DNA of 64,000 nucleotides from NCBI GenBank assembly GCA_965223545.1, contig OZ245006.1, forward strand, positions 1,248,001-1,312,000, in the 5' to 3' direction. Numbering within the stretch: the stretch's first letter is position 1; the number at the start of each line of letters is the position of its first letter. Below are positions 49,397-58,535 of the stretch, in pieces. This stretch comes from Planctomycetota bacterium. GTDB lineage: Bacteria; Planctomycetota; UBA1135; UBA2386. The notes under the pieces were generated by a model. It was not told the origin of the DNA and did no database searches. It worked only from the letters and a program-made list of their open reading frames with translations. The position numbers and the translations under genes were made by a program.

Positions 49397-51277
49397 TCAG
49401 AGCAGGCGCTTCTTCAGCTTGCCCTTCAGCGCGCGCAGCTCTTTCTCCAGCTCCTCGATCCGCTGGCGCAGTGCGTCGCGGTCGTCGTCGCCATCATCGC
49501 CCTCGTCGTTGCCACCAGCGCCGGTGCGGATGCGGTAGGAGAAGCGACCCTTTGGCGCATCCTCGCCATCGCCGGAGAACTGTAGGACGCGGCCGCGGAA
49601 GCCGTCGCCGTCGACCGAAACCCCTTCGCCGGCCTTCAACACGCGGAACACGCCCTTGCCGCCGGCGCCCGAGCCCACGCCCACGCCCCAGCTCCCGGCA
49701 TCGCCGGCCTTGGCGCGGCGCAGAGTATGGACGCGGACGCCCTTGCCGTTGGCGGAGTGCTCGCCGTCGCCGCTGCGGAAGAAGCGAACCGCTCCCCCCT
49801 TGCCTTCGCCGTCGCCTTCGCTCATCCGGAAGAACGCGCGCGCACCGGAGTCGTCGCACTCGGCCCCGTCACCGTCGTCGGCGTCATCGTCATTCGTGAC
49901 GCGAAGCCAGGACACGCCACTCTTGCCGAACGGGGTCACCTGGACCTCGCCGTCGTCGCCCTCAGCGAACGACCAGCTCTTGCCCTCGCGGTTGAAGAAC
50001 ACTCGGGGCGATTCGCCTTTCTTGCTGCGCACGGTGACGCCACCTTCGCCACCGAACGAGTAGCGATGGACCTCTCCACCATGCTCGTGCTCGCCGTGCC
50101 CGTGCCCGTGCTCGCCGCCGTGCTCGCCGTGCCCACTGCCGTGGTCGCCACCGCCGTGCAAGTGCTTCTCCAACGCCTCGGCGACGGCCTTGCGGATCTT
50201 CTCGTCCAGGTCGCCTCCGACGCGGACGCGCACTTCTCGTTGTTCCTTCTTCTCCCCGGTGTCGCCGCCTTTCTCCTGGGCCTCGACACCGAGCGGAAGC
50301 ACCGCGATGGCGCCGGAAACCAGCAGGGCGCGGGCGGGCCAGCTCAAACGATGCGAAAGCTTGCTCTGTGCAATCATGGTCAGTCTCCGGTTCAAAGCAC
50401 GGGGCCCGCCGAAGCCACTCGCACCGAGCGGTGGCGCCATCGAGCCGACATCCAATTGGGTGGCGACGCGCAGGAGCGCGCGCCCGTAGCCGTGCGGCCT
50501 CGTCGCCAGGGCCTCGACCGCGCGCGCGTCGCAGCGCACCTCCTCGACCTCGCGCAGCAGCTGGCGCACGGCGTGTGCGACCGGGTTCCACCAGTGCAAC
50601 GCGGCGACGACCACTTCCAGCCAACGGGTCCAGTGGTCGCGGTTGGCCAGGTGGGCCAGCTCGTGCGCCAACACCGAGCGCAGGTCGCGCGGCGACAGGC
50701 TCGCCAACATCGCGCGCGGCACCACGATGACCGGCTGGCCTCCCATCGCCCACAGAAAGGGCGACAGGTTGGCATCCACGACGCACACCGCCGGTACCCG
50801 CCGCAGCCCCAGGCGCGCCGCGAGCGGTGGCACGAGCGCGTTGACCGCTTCGGGCGCCGTCTCTGCGCGGCGCAGCAACGCCGCGCAGCGGCGCGCGCGG
50901 CGCCAAGCGACGACCGCGGCCAACGCGGCCCCGGCGAGCCATACGCCGACTCCCCAGCTCGCCAAATCCACCGCCGAAAGGCGGGCTGGCGCCACCGCGG
51001 CCGGTCCTGGCGCCGGCGGTGGCGAAGTCGCGGGCACCAAGAGCCAGTCTTCGGGCGTGGCCCCCACGGCGGCACTCGAGGCGGCTTGCGGCCACCACGG
51101 ACCGACGTCGACCGCGAGGAGCGGTGGCGTCACCAGCTTGAGGAGCGCCAGGGCAGCCAGGCCGTGGGCCACTGGCGCATTGCGCCAGACCCGCCAGACG
51201 AGCCAGGCGCAGAGCCCCAGCCCCGCGGCGACCGCACTGTTGGCCAGCAACCCGCAGACGACGTCCGGCGCACTCAT
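49397..51277 (-). CDS. BlaR1/MecR1-type M56 metallopeptidase with a His/Gly-rich C-terminal region
   Basis: LALLKLVTPP, VWLAG, SPF, VLAHELAH..RDHW, HWWNP, EE.RCD, YGRALL, LNRRLTMI. Confidence 0.9.
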   Translation of the reverse strand: MSAPDVVCGLLANSAVAAGLGLCAWLVWRVWRNAPVAHGLAALALLKLVTPPLLAVDVGPWWPQAASSAAVGATPEDWLLVPATSPPPAPGPAAVAPARLSAVDLASWGVGVWLAGAALAAVVAWRRARRCAALLRRAETAPEAVNALVPPLAARLGLRRVPAVCVVDANLSPFLWAMGGQPVIVVPRAMLASLSPRDLRSVLAHELAHLANRDHWTRWLEVVVAALHWWNPVAHAVRQLLREVEEVRCDARAVEALATRPHGYGRALLRVATQLDVGSMAPPLGASGFGGPRALNRRLTMIAQSKLSHRLSWPARALLVSGAIAVLPLGVEAQEKGGDTGEKKEQREVRVRVGGDLDEKIRKAVAEALEKHLHGGGDHGSGHGEHGGEHGHGHGEHEHGGEVHRYSFGGEGGVTVRSKKGESPRVFFNREGKSWSFAEGDDGEVQVTPFGKSGVSWLRVTNDDDADDGDGAECDDSGARAFFRMSEGDGEGKGGAVRFFRSGDGEHSANGKGVRVHTLRRAKAGDAGSWGVGVGSGAGGKGVFRVLKAGEGVSVDGDGFRGRVLQFSGDGEDAPKGRFSYRIRTGAGGNDEGDDGDDDRDALRQRIEELEKELRALKGKLKKRLL

Positions 51278-51696
51278 CCGCGCTCGCCCTCCGGCGTCCC
51301 CGCCTCGGGGTCGCCCTCGTCGTCGCCCAGCAGCTGCCAAAGGGCGTCGCGCTCCTCCGCCGACAGCCGTGCCTGGCCGGCGAGATTGAGCAACAGCGGG
51401 GCGAGCGCTCCATCGCACACCTTGTCCGCCATGTGCTGCAGCTGCTGGCCCAAGAACGCGCCGCGGTCGACCGCCGCCTCGAACAAGTGCGGACGTTGGC
51501 CGCGGTCGCGGCGGACCCAGCGCTTCTTCTCCAGCCGGTCCAGCAGAACCTGCACGGTGCGGTACTGCACCGTCGTCGGCTCGGCGTGCAGAGCGACGGA
51601 CAGCGCGCGCACCGACTGGCGGCCGCGCTTCCAGAGTTCGTCGAGCAGTCGGAGCTCGGCGTCAGACGGGGTGGGTAGATTCGTCACGGGAATCAA
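51274..51696 (-). CDS. BlaI/MecI/CopY family transcriptional repressor
   Basis: PSDAELRLLDELW, YRTVQVLLDRLEKK.WV.R; ATGA-coupled to the M56 gene. GTG 51687 is an alternative start. Confidence 0.9.
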   Translation of the reverse strand: MIPVTNLPTPSDAELRLLDELWKRGRQSVRALSVALHAEPTTVQYRTVQVLLDRLEKKRWVRRDRGQRPHLFEAAVDRGAFLGQQLQHMADKVCDGALAPLLLNLAGQARLSAEERDALWQLLGDDEGDPEAGTPEGERG

Positions 51697-51730
51697 ACAG
51701 GACGTTTGCGGCGTGTAAACGCCCTGTTTG
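51694..51730. promoter_or_regulatory. Inverted repeat, probable BlaI-type operator
   Basis: CAAACAGGACGTTTGC-ggcgt-GTAAACGCCCTGTTTG, 14 of 16 bp arms, directly at the repressor start. Confidence 0.7.
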
Positions 51731-51801
51731 CCGCAGCCTTCCCCGATTTCTGAAGTTTCCTATCGAAGCGCACAAATAGCTGCCTTGCAGCAGTTTACGA
51801 A

Positions 51802-52413
51802 TTACTTCGAATAGTACAGGACGAAGGCCGGCGGGACATTCGCCAGGATTGCCCGAGACCGCCGAAACCCGGAGAAGCGCTCCGCCATCGCCCGCCGAAA
51901 GCGCACCGCCGCCGGCAGGCCGTAGGCATGCACGTATTGGAACGTGCGGAACTCGCCGCCGTCGGCCAACACCGCGGCGGTGCCCCCGACAACAGCCTGC
52001 TGCACCTGCACTGGCAGGCTCGCGAACGGCAAGCCGGAGACGATCGCGGCCGGCTGGCCGCGATGGTGAGCGGCGACGATCTCCTCGACGTGCTCGACCG
52101 ACCCGTGGTGGAAAGCCAGCGCGGGGAACCGCTGACGGAGCCGCGCACAGAAGCCGGCATCCCGCTCGATCCCGAGGTAGTGCGCGCCAGCCGGCAGCGC
52201 CTCGACGATCGCCTGCGTCACGGGACCGGTCCCCGGCCCGTACTCGAGCACCAAGCCACCTTCGGAGACCGGCAAGTCCGCCGCCAGCGCGCGCGCCAGC
52301 TGCCGCGAACTCGGCAGCACTGCGCCCACCGTCCGCGGGTTGCGGACGAAGGTGCCCAAGAACTGCATCGAGTCGCGCAGCGGAGCGCGGTTGCCACGAG
52401 CGGGCTGTGCCAT
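51802..52413 (-). CDS. Phospholipid N-methyltransferase-like SAM methyltransferase (PmtA type)
   Basis: F.RNPRTVGAVLPSSRQLA, VLEYGPGTGPVT, IVSGLPF, FRTFQY, NVPPAFV. Confidence 0.85.
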   Translation of the reverse strand: MAQPARGNRAPLRDSMQFLGTFVRNPRTVGAVLPSSRQLARALAADLPVSEGGLVLEYGPGTGPVTQAIVEALPAGAHYLGIERDAGFCARLRQRFPALAFHHGSVEHVEEIVAAHHRGQPAAIVSGLPFASLPVQVQQAVVGGTAAVLADGGEFRTFQYVHAYGLPAAVRFRRAMAERFSGFRRSRAILANVPPAFVLYYSK

Positions 52414-52446
52414 CGGCTCATGCTAACCGACGATCGGTCGCGGACG

Positions 52447-52740
52447 TCAGAACGCGTCGATGTCGATGCGCAGCGGGCCGCGCTCGATCACCGCCGAGCA
52501 CGCCAGCCGGAAATCGGCGGACAGCCCCATCCGATCGAGCGTGCCGCGCTCGCCCGGGGCTGCCGGCCGCAGACCGGCCTCTCCCTCCACGACGCGGACC
52601 GCATCGGTCCCACACTGACCCCGCGTGCAGCCGGTGGCGATCTCGACCCCGGCGGCAGTCGCCGCCGCCAGCACGGTCGTCTCCGGCGCAACCCAGACCA
52701 GATGCCCTCCGGGGTCGAAGCAAACCTCGACCAGCGTCAC
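52447..52740 (-). CDS. 2Fe-2S ferredoxin-like protein
   Basis: TVLAAA..AGVEI..GCTRGQCGTDAVRVVEG..ER..L..RLAC; the third Cys is replaced by Asp. GTG start assumed. Confidence 0.8.
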   Translation of the reverse strand: MTLVEVCFDPGGHLVWVAPETTVLAAATAAGVEIATGCTRGQCGTDAVRVVEGEAGLRPAAPGERGTLDRMGLSADFRLACSAVIERGPLRIDIDAF

Positions 52741-53081
52741 GCCAAACCCACTTCGCGGAGATGCGGCGGTGTACGGGGTGAGATCCAAGGGCGTTGCACA
52801 ACGCGACACCATACGAGCGGAGGCAACCCCCAGGAACGCTCAGCGCGGCCGAGGCCGCAACCAAAAAAACCGAGCGCACCGCGGCAATAGCGGAGCCCGC
52901 GAATCCAACGGTGCCGGACGGCCACGCTGAGCGCAGACGCCCCTGTTGCTTCTCAGCGTCCGGGAGTTGCGGTATCGAACTCCTGACGACAACTGGCCTT
53001 CGGAGATGTTGTCGCCGAGCGAAGATTCTTGGCCCGGACGCTCAAACCGCCGGGGTCGCTCGCTCGAAGAAACCGACAGCG

Positions 53082-54251
53082 ATGGCGAACGACAGCGGGA
53101 CACTGTCTCGACGGCGAGAGGAGGGCACCATCCTGATCTGGGCCCTGATGGTCGTGATGCTCACCTCGGGCATGGTGATCTCGCACTCGACCTACATGGC
53201 CGCGGCGCGCGCGACGCGGGAGACGCGGTTCTCGCGCGACACGCTGGCGAGCGCGTTCGCCCGCTCGGGCGTCACCGATACCGTCGGCTGGTTCCGGCGG
53301 CAGACCACGCAGCCGGTGCAGTCGTTTCTGCCTCTGCTCGACCCGACCGGCAACCCGCCGATCCACGACACCATCGACCCGACCGTCGGGTTGGTGCGCG
53401 AGTTCGAGATCCAGGGCAATCTGCGCGGGCGCTACGAGGTGCGCACGGCGGAGGCGAGTGACATCTCGCCCCAACGCGGCCTGACGATCCCGGGCAGCGT
53501 GTGGCAAATCGGCGTGCGCAGCTACGTCTATCGCGCGATCGACCCCACCGTCCCGTACGACCAGCCGCCCAACCGGATGATCTCGGTGGACACGATGACC
53601 ACCGAGATCCGCAACGCGCAGCTCAACCTCCCGGCACAGACGCCACTCATGCTCGACGAGGTCGGCGACCTCAACATCGGTTTCAACACGACGGTCGACG
53701 GCAGCGGCGAGGCCGCGATCGCCTACAAGCAGCCCCTGGTGATGACGGTCAGCACGATCGATGCGGGGGCCACGATCATCGGCGCCGAGCTGGCGATGCC
53801 GAGCTACGACGCCTCGGCGCTGACGGTGTTCTCCATGTCCATGCACGAGCTGCGCGCCTTCGCTGACATGGTCGTGCGGGTCGGCACTTCCGACATTCCA
53901 CTCGACGACAGCAACAAGAAGGTCATCAAGGACGCAATCGTCGTCGTCGCCGGCGACGAGCTGACCGCCGACCCGATCTACGTCGAGAACAGCCTGGTCG
54001 TCTACGACGGCAGCATGGTTCGCACGGGGCTCGCCGAGACGCAGATCCAAGGCGTCCTCTACGTCAATGGCGACGTGAAGATCGACGCGCCGTTCGTCTT
54101 GCGCGGCGCCATGGTCGTCCGCGGCGAGGTCCGCATCGGCGAATCCGGCCGCGTCGCGATCCACGGGGACCGCCACGTCGTCGCCCGAGTCCGGCAGAAC
54201 CTCAACCGCTACCGCGAACGCCGCACCAGGGTGCCCCTCGATGCGCCATAG
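53082..54251 (+). CDS. PilX/GspK-like minor pilin-type protein
   Basis: RRREEG|TILIWALMVVML, A..FARSGV..V.WF; C-terminal beta-helix-like repeats (IQGVLYVNGDV..GAMVVRGEV). Confidence 0.7.
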   Translation: MANDSGTLSRRREEGTILIWALMVVMLTSGMVISHSTYMAAARATRETRFSRDTLASAFARSGVTDTVGWFRRQTTQPVQSFLPLLDPTGNPPIHDTIDPTVGLVREFEIQGNLRGRYEVRTAEASDISPQRGLTIPGSVWQIGVRSYVYRAIDPTVPYDQPPNRMISVDTMTTEIRNAQLNLPAQTPLMLDEVGDLNIGFNTTVDGSGEAAIAYKQPLVMTVSTIDAGATIIGAELAMPSYDASALTVFSMSMHELRAFADMVVRVGTSDIPLDDSNKKVIKDAIVVVAGDELTADPIYVENSLVVYDGSMVRTGLAETQIQGVLYVNGDVKIDAPFVLRGAMVVRGEVRIGESGRVAIHGDRHVVARVRQNLNRYRERRTRVPLDAP

Positions 54252-57200
54252 CCACCGCGCCAACGCCGGGGTCACCCTGCTCGAGCTGCTGGTGTCGATG
54301 ACCTTCGTCGGGGTCTCGCTGGTCATCATGCTGCAGCAGATCGCGCTCAGCCACCACGAGATGCTGCAGGAGGACCAGCGGCTGTTCGCCCACCGCAAGG
54401 CGATGGCGATGCTCTCCGAGCTGCAGGCCAGCGTCGACCAAGGCGTCATCAACAACCCGGCCCAGCTAACCCGACTCGCCGACTTGCAACCCAACCCGCT
54501 GCTGACGACGCGGTCCAGCAGCATCGCCCCCGACCATCCGATGTCGGGCAACGTGCGCCTGGCCAACGGCAACTGGAAGTACCGCCGGACCGTGCGCATC
54601 GATCCGATTCTCGGCTCGGAGCAGGCCCGCTACACCCACGTGCAGATCGAACGGCACACCGAGGGCGGCAGCATCCTGGTCGAAGCCGCCGCGGGCGGGG
54701 TGCTCAATCTGCCGGCCACGGCGTACCCGGCCACCAAGCAGTACGACGTCTACGTCTTGGCGCTGGCCGCGGCACCCTCGCTGTGGATGCCGACCGGCCC
54801 GCTGCGCGCGATGCTGCAGGCCGAAGCGCTTCGCATCCAGCAGGACAACCCCGGGTTGAGCTTCCGCCTCCGCTTCATCACCGAGCTGGGCTACGGTCGC
54901 GATCCTCTGTACGCGCCGTTCGTCAACGACAAGCTGGCAGCGGATCAGGCCGCTCCCTGGGCGTACACCTATCCGGGCCGGCTCGGCGCCGGCCAGCAGT
55001 ACAGCGCGCTCTACGCGTCCGCCAACTTCCGCGGGCGGGTGCGCAACGAGGCCGGCTTCGTCAACGATTTCGACGCGGCGAAGAACCCGTTCCCGCACAC
55101 CGTTGCCGACCGCTTCAACCACTGCATGCGCACGCCCGCGGCGCGGCAGCGCTTCGCGCAACGAGTGGCGACGGGCCAGGAGGACCCCGACGCTCCCCCG
55201 CTGCACCTGCTGCTGGCCGACCTGCATGACGATCCGGCCCGGTACCGCAACGCGATCTTCATCAACTTGCACGGCGAGGGGCTGCCGTGCCCTCCGCTGC
55301 GCAACTACTCCGACCCGGCCAAGCTGCCGCAGACGCTGCCGGGCGTCCGCGTCGTCACGCATCCCACGCGACTGCACACCGCGCGCGACCCCGACGGCGA
55401 CGGCGACGCCAGCGACAGCGCGGACGTCGCGCTGCAGGTGTACGCGTACCACACCGATCCGGGGACCGCGCCGGCGGTGCTCGGTCAGCCGATCACCGTC
55501 CAGCTCGCCGGCCTGGACCCGGCCAAGTTGACGGACATCGCCGCGTCTCTCGACGTCCGGTGCACCGTGGGCGGCGTCGACCCGGCCACCGGAAGCACCA
55601 GCAGCGGCAACCTCGACTACGCCGTCGTCACACCACCCACCACGGCGCCGGTCGGGGTCGGCATGTGGTACGAAGTCGGCACCGCTACGACCCCCGACGC
55701 ACACATCTGGCTGCGGCTACACAACACACCATTGATCGCACCCGCGGTGAACGGCCGCGGCTTGCCGGCATCGCAGCGTCTCTACGGAATGGACTACGTG
55801 CCGGCGCCGTTGGCCGATGGTCTCGACGCCGTCGGCACCGGACCCAAGAACACCGCGCGGTGGTCGATCCGCGTTCCACCCGGTGCTCAGCTCACATGGC
55901 TGTCCACTGACCGCATGGTGACGGTCCGCACGCGGATCGGCGCCAACGCGAGCAGTGGTCAGGCCTGGCCCACCGCGATCGAGCCACACAACCACTCCGA
56001 GACCTACACCTGGTGGACGCGCAGCGCCCTGTCGATCCCGCTGACGGAGCGCTTTCAGTTCTTGGGTGACCCGCGCCACAGTCCCTACGCCGACTTGGCC
56101 GCCGGCGGCAGCAGCTTTCCGCACGGCTACAACTGGTTCTTCGACGACCTGCAAGACGGCGCGGTGGACGCCAGCGCCGCCTGGCCGGTAGTGGATGCGA
56201 CGCGGCTGCGACACGGTTTCGGTCTGGGTGTGACCGCGGATGTTCCGCGGCTGGTGCAGGTCTGGCGCGAAGCGCTGCAGGCCTCGACCGCCGTCTTCCT
56301 GCACGCCAACGGCAGATTGGCCCAGTACGCGCTGCTCGGCGGCGAAGCCGGCCTGCCGCCGAGCAGCGAGGGCGCCATGCCCGCCGCGGTCCGCTGCGCG
56401 GGTGATCTGTACGCGCAGCCCGGCCCGGTCTCTCCGGCCGAGCTCCACCCCGGAACTGCCAGCCATACGGTGCCGACCGTCGGCCAGCCGCTGATCGTCG
56501 ACCGCGACACTGCCTTCTGGTGCAAGCCATGGCTGGGAGAGCTGTTCCCGGATGCGGTGGCGACCCAGTACGGGACCGACGGCAACTTGGCCTGTGGTAA
56601 CAGTCCTCGCTTCTACCGCGTGGGCCGCGGCGCGGCTTCGCTCGCCGGGCTGCCGGCGGGCACGTCGTTCGCCGTGCCGAGCAGCGCGGCCCTGGGCGCG
56701 CACGGTGGCGCGACCGTGTTGCAGATCGGCAGCCCGGCGACGCGCTTCCAGCACGAATCGCTGCCGGTGGAGACCATGCTGGCCGCGGTGCAGTCGGGCG
56801 CCGACATCCTGCAGGCGGCGGGCTACGAGAACCACGCGATCACACCGGGGTGGCAGCCCTACCGCGCCGACCAGGCCCTGCCGGTTCCGTTGCCACAAGA
56901 CGTCGATCCCGCGGCGTTTCCGGATCTGCCGGCGGACTTCCTCGGGCGCTTCAGCGAGGCGCCCAACAGCCTCGCGGGCGGCGGTGTGATTCGGCTGCGC
57001 AACCCGTTGTCCACCGAGGCAGCCTACTTCGCCTTGGCGAGCGACACGGCGATCAGCGGCGAGCACCACGCGCTGCTGCTGCGCCGCTCCTTTCTGTTCG
57101 CCCTCCGCGCGTTCCACGAGGGCGGCGCCGGCAGCCCCGGCCAGCCCGAGTTGGTGCCGCAGGTGCCGCTCTTGGAGATCACCGCCCCGCGTCCACCGCT

Positions 57201-57558
57201 CGAGCTCAGCGCCCCCACTTCGGTGCAGCTGACCTGGCGCACGCTGCTCCAGCGGTTCGACGGCGAGCCCCTGACCACTCCGAACGCGGAGGCCAACTAC
57301 ATCTACGTCATCAGCCATTCGCCCGCCGGCCAGCCCTTCCGCTACATCGGCAAGCCGGGTTTGGCGACGCCGGGGCAGCTGCCGACCGATCCGTCGCTCT
57401 GGATCTACGACGCGTCGCCGGGCGAGGAGAGCTTCGTGCTGCCGCTGTCCCCCGTCGAGTTCCCCACCGGGGACTACACGATCAGAGTCGAGTGTTTCGA
57501 CCGCACTCGCGCGCAGCACTCTGCGTACCACCAGGTCAACATATCGATCGTCCGCTAG
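54241..57558 (+). CDS. Very large prepilin-type N-terminal methylation protein (1105 aa)
   Basis: RANAG|VTLLELLVSMTFVGVSLV class III signal with Glu+5; DPDGDGD motif; C-terminal Ig-like strands. Confidence 0.8.
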   Translation: MRHSHRANAGVTLLELLVSMTFVGVSLVIMLQQIALSHHEMLQEDQRLFAHRKAMAMLSELQASVDQGVINNPAQLTRLADLQPNPLLTTRSSSIAPDHPMSGNVRLANGNWKYRRTVRIDPILGSEQARYTHVQIERHTEGGSILVEAAAGGVLNLPATAYPATKQYDVYVLALAAAPSLWMPTGPLRAMLQAEALRIQQDNPGLSFRLRFITELGYGRDPLYAPFVNDKLAADQAAPWAYTYPGRLGAGQQYSALYASANFRGRVRNEAGFVNDFDAAKNPFPHTVADRFNHCMRTPAARQRFAQRVATGQEDPDAPPLHLLLADLHDDPARYRNAIFINLHGEGLPCPPLRNYSDPAKLPQTLPGVRVVTHPTRLHTARDPDGDGDASDSADVALQVYAYHTDPGTAPAVLGQPITVQLAGLDPAKLTDIAASLDVRCTVGGVDPATGSTSSGNLDYAVVTPPTTAPVGVGMWYEVGTATTPDAHIWLRLHNTPLIAPAVNGRGLPASQRLYGMDYVPAPLADGLDAVGTGPKNTARWSIRVPPGAQLTWLSTDRMVTVRTRIGANASSGQAWPTAIEPHNHSETYTWWTRSALSIPLTERFQFLGDPRHSPYADLAAGGSSFPHGYNWFFDDLQDGAVDASAAWPVVDATRLRHGFGLGVTADVPRLVQVWREALQASTAVFLHANGRLAQYALLGGEAGLPPSSEGAMPAAVRCAGDLYAQPGPVSPAELHPGTASHTVPTVGQPLIVDRDTAFWCKPWLGELFPDAVATQYGTDGNLACGNSPRFYRVGRGAASLAGLPAGTSFAVPSSAALGAHGGATVLQIGSPATRFQHESLPVETMLAAVQSGADILQAAGYENHAITPGWQPYRADQALPVPLPQDVDPAAFPDLPADFLGRFSEAPNSLAGGGVIRLRNPLSTEAAYFALASDTAISGEHHALLLRRSFLFALRAFHEGGAGSPGQPELVPQVPLLEITAPRPPLELSAPTSVQLTWRTLLQRFDGEPLTTPNAEANYIYVISHSPAGQPFRYIGKPGLATPGQLPTDPSLWIYDASPGEESFVLPLSPVEFPTGDYTIRVECFDRTRAQHSAYHQVNISIVR

Positions 57559-58535
57559 TGTCGTGCTTCAGTAGACCGTGCAGCAAGTGCACACGGCGAC
57601 GGGCAAGGCGCGAAGCCGGCCTCAGCCTGATCGAGATCGTCATCGCCCTGGCGGCGTTCACCACGCTGCTCGTCGTCAGCATGCAGACGATCACCGGCTT
57701 GACCGAGTCGCAGGCCTACGTCGAAGGCAAGGCGCGCACGCGCGCGCTGGCGGAACGCATCGTCGAGTTGGTCCGCGAAGACGTGCTGTACTCGACGCGA
57801 CTGTTCCAACACCGCAGTGCCAGCTACGCGTTGATCGAGAAGATGGCACTGCCGGACATGCCGCTCACCGATAGCCGCCTGCCCACCAGCTCGGCCATCG
57901 GCTACTTCGCACCCGATCCCGCCGGCGTCATCGAAACCGGCAACCTGCTGTTCCTGCTGCGCACCGAGCCGACGATCATCGCGGACTTGGACGCCGTCGT
58001 CCCGGGGATGCTCTGGCGCGTGAGCACCTACCGGTTCGTGCTGTATTACCTGACCGGCGACGAGGAGTACGACTTGCATCGCTGGGCCAGCACGGTGGTC
58101 GCTGACCACCACGACATCGTCCGGCTGACGAACCAGGGCCAACGCCACGCCCTGGTGGAAGTTCTGCTCCAGCAGGGAATCGACTTCGCCTGGGACTCGC
58201 GCGCGGCACCGGCAGCGTCCATGTACACGCTGGCCATCGACGAGGATCCAGCACCGCTGACACCGGAAACCAAAGTCAGCATGGACCAGAAGTTCTCGGC
58301 GCCGTCGCTGGTCGGTGCGCGCGATTGCCGGATCGCGGCCAACGGCACGCCCGCGCCGCTGTTCGTGCCATCCTACGCCCGCCCGACGACGTATTTCCCA
58401 CAGGGCTTCGAGGTCAAGGTCGACGGCAACGCCATCGGCGGGCTGCTGATGGTGCGCATCGGCCTCCAGCAGAGCATCGGCAACCGCACACACGGGATCA
58501 CCGCGACACGCCAGCAGAGCTACCGCGATCAATGA
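57558..58535 (+). CDS. Prepilin-type N-terminal methylation protein (PilW/GspJ-like)
   Basis: RREAG|LSLIEIVIALAAFTTLLV..ERIVE.VREDV; GTG start overlaps the upstream TAG. Confidence 0.8.
   Translation: MSCFSRPCSKCTRRRARREAGLSLIEIVIALAAFTTLLVVSMQTITGLTESQAYVEGKARTRALAERIVELVREDVLYSTRLFQHRSASYALIEKMALPDMPLTDSRLPTSSAIGYFAPDPAGVIETGNLLFLLRTEPTIIADLDAVVPGMLWRVSTYRFVLYYLTGDEEYDLHRWASTVVADHHDIVRLTNQGQRHALVEVLLQQGIDFAWDSRAAPAASMYTLAIDEDPAPLTPETKVSMDQKFSAPSLVGARDCRIAANGTPAPLFVPSYARPTTYFPQGFEVKVDGNAIGGLLMVRIGLQQSIGNRTHGITATRQQSYRDQ

Noticed and set aside
52845..52870. GCGGCC/GGCCGC hairpin plus A-run as an intrinsic terminator
   Set aside because: The run is A on the plus strand and precedes the hairpin as T on the minus strand, so it does not fit either orientation.
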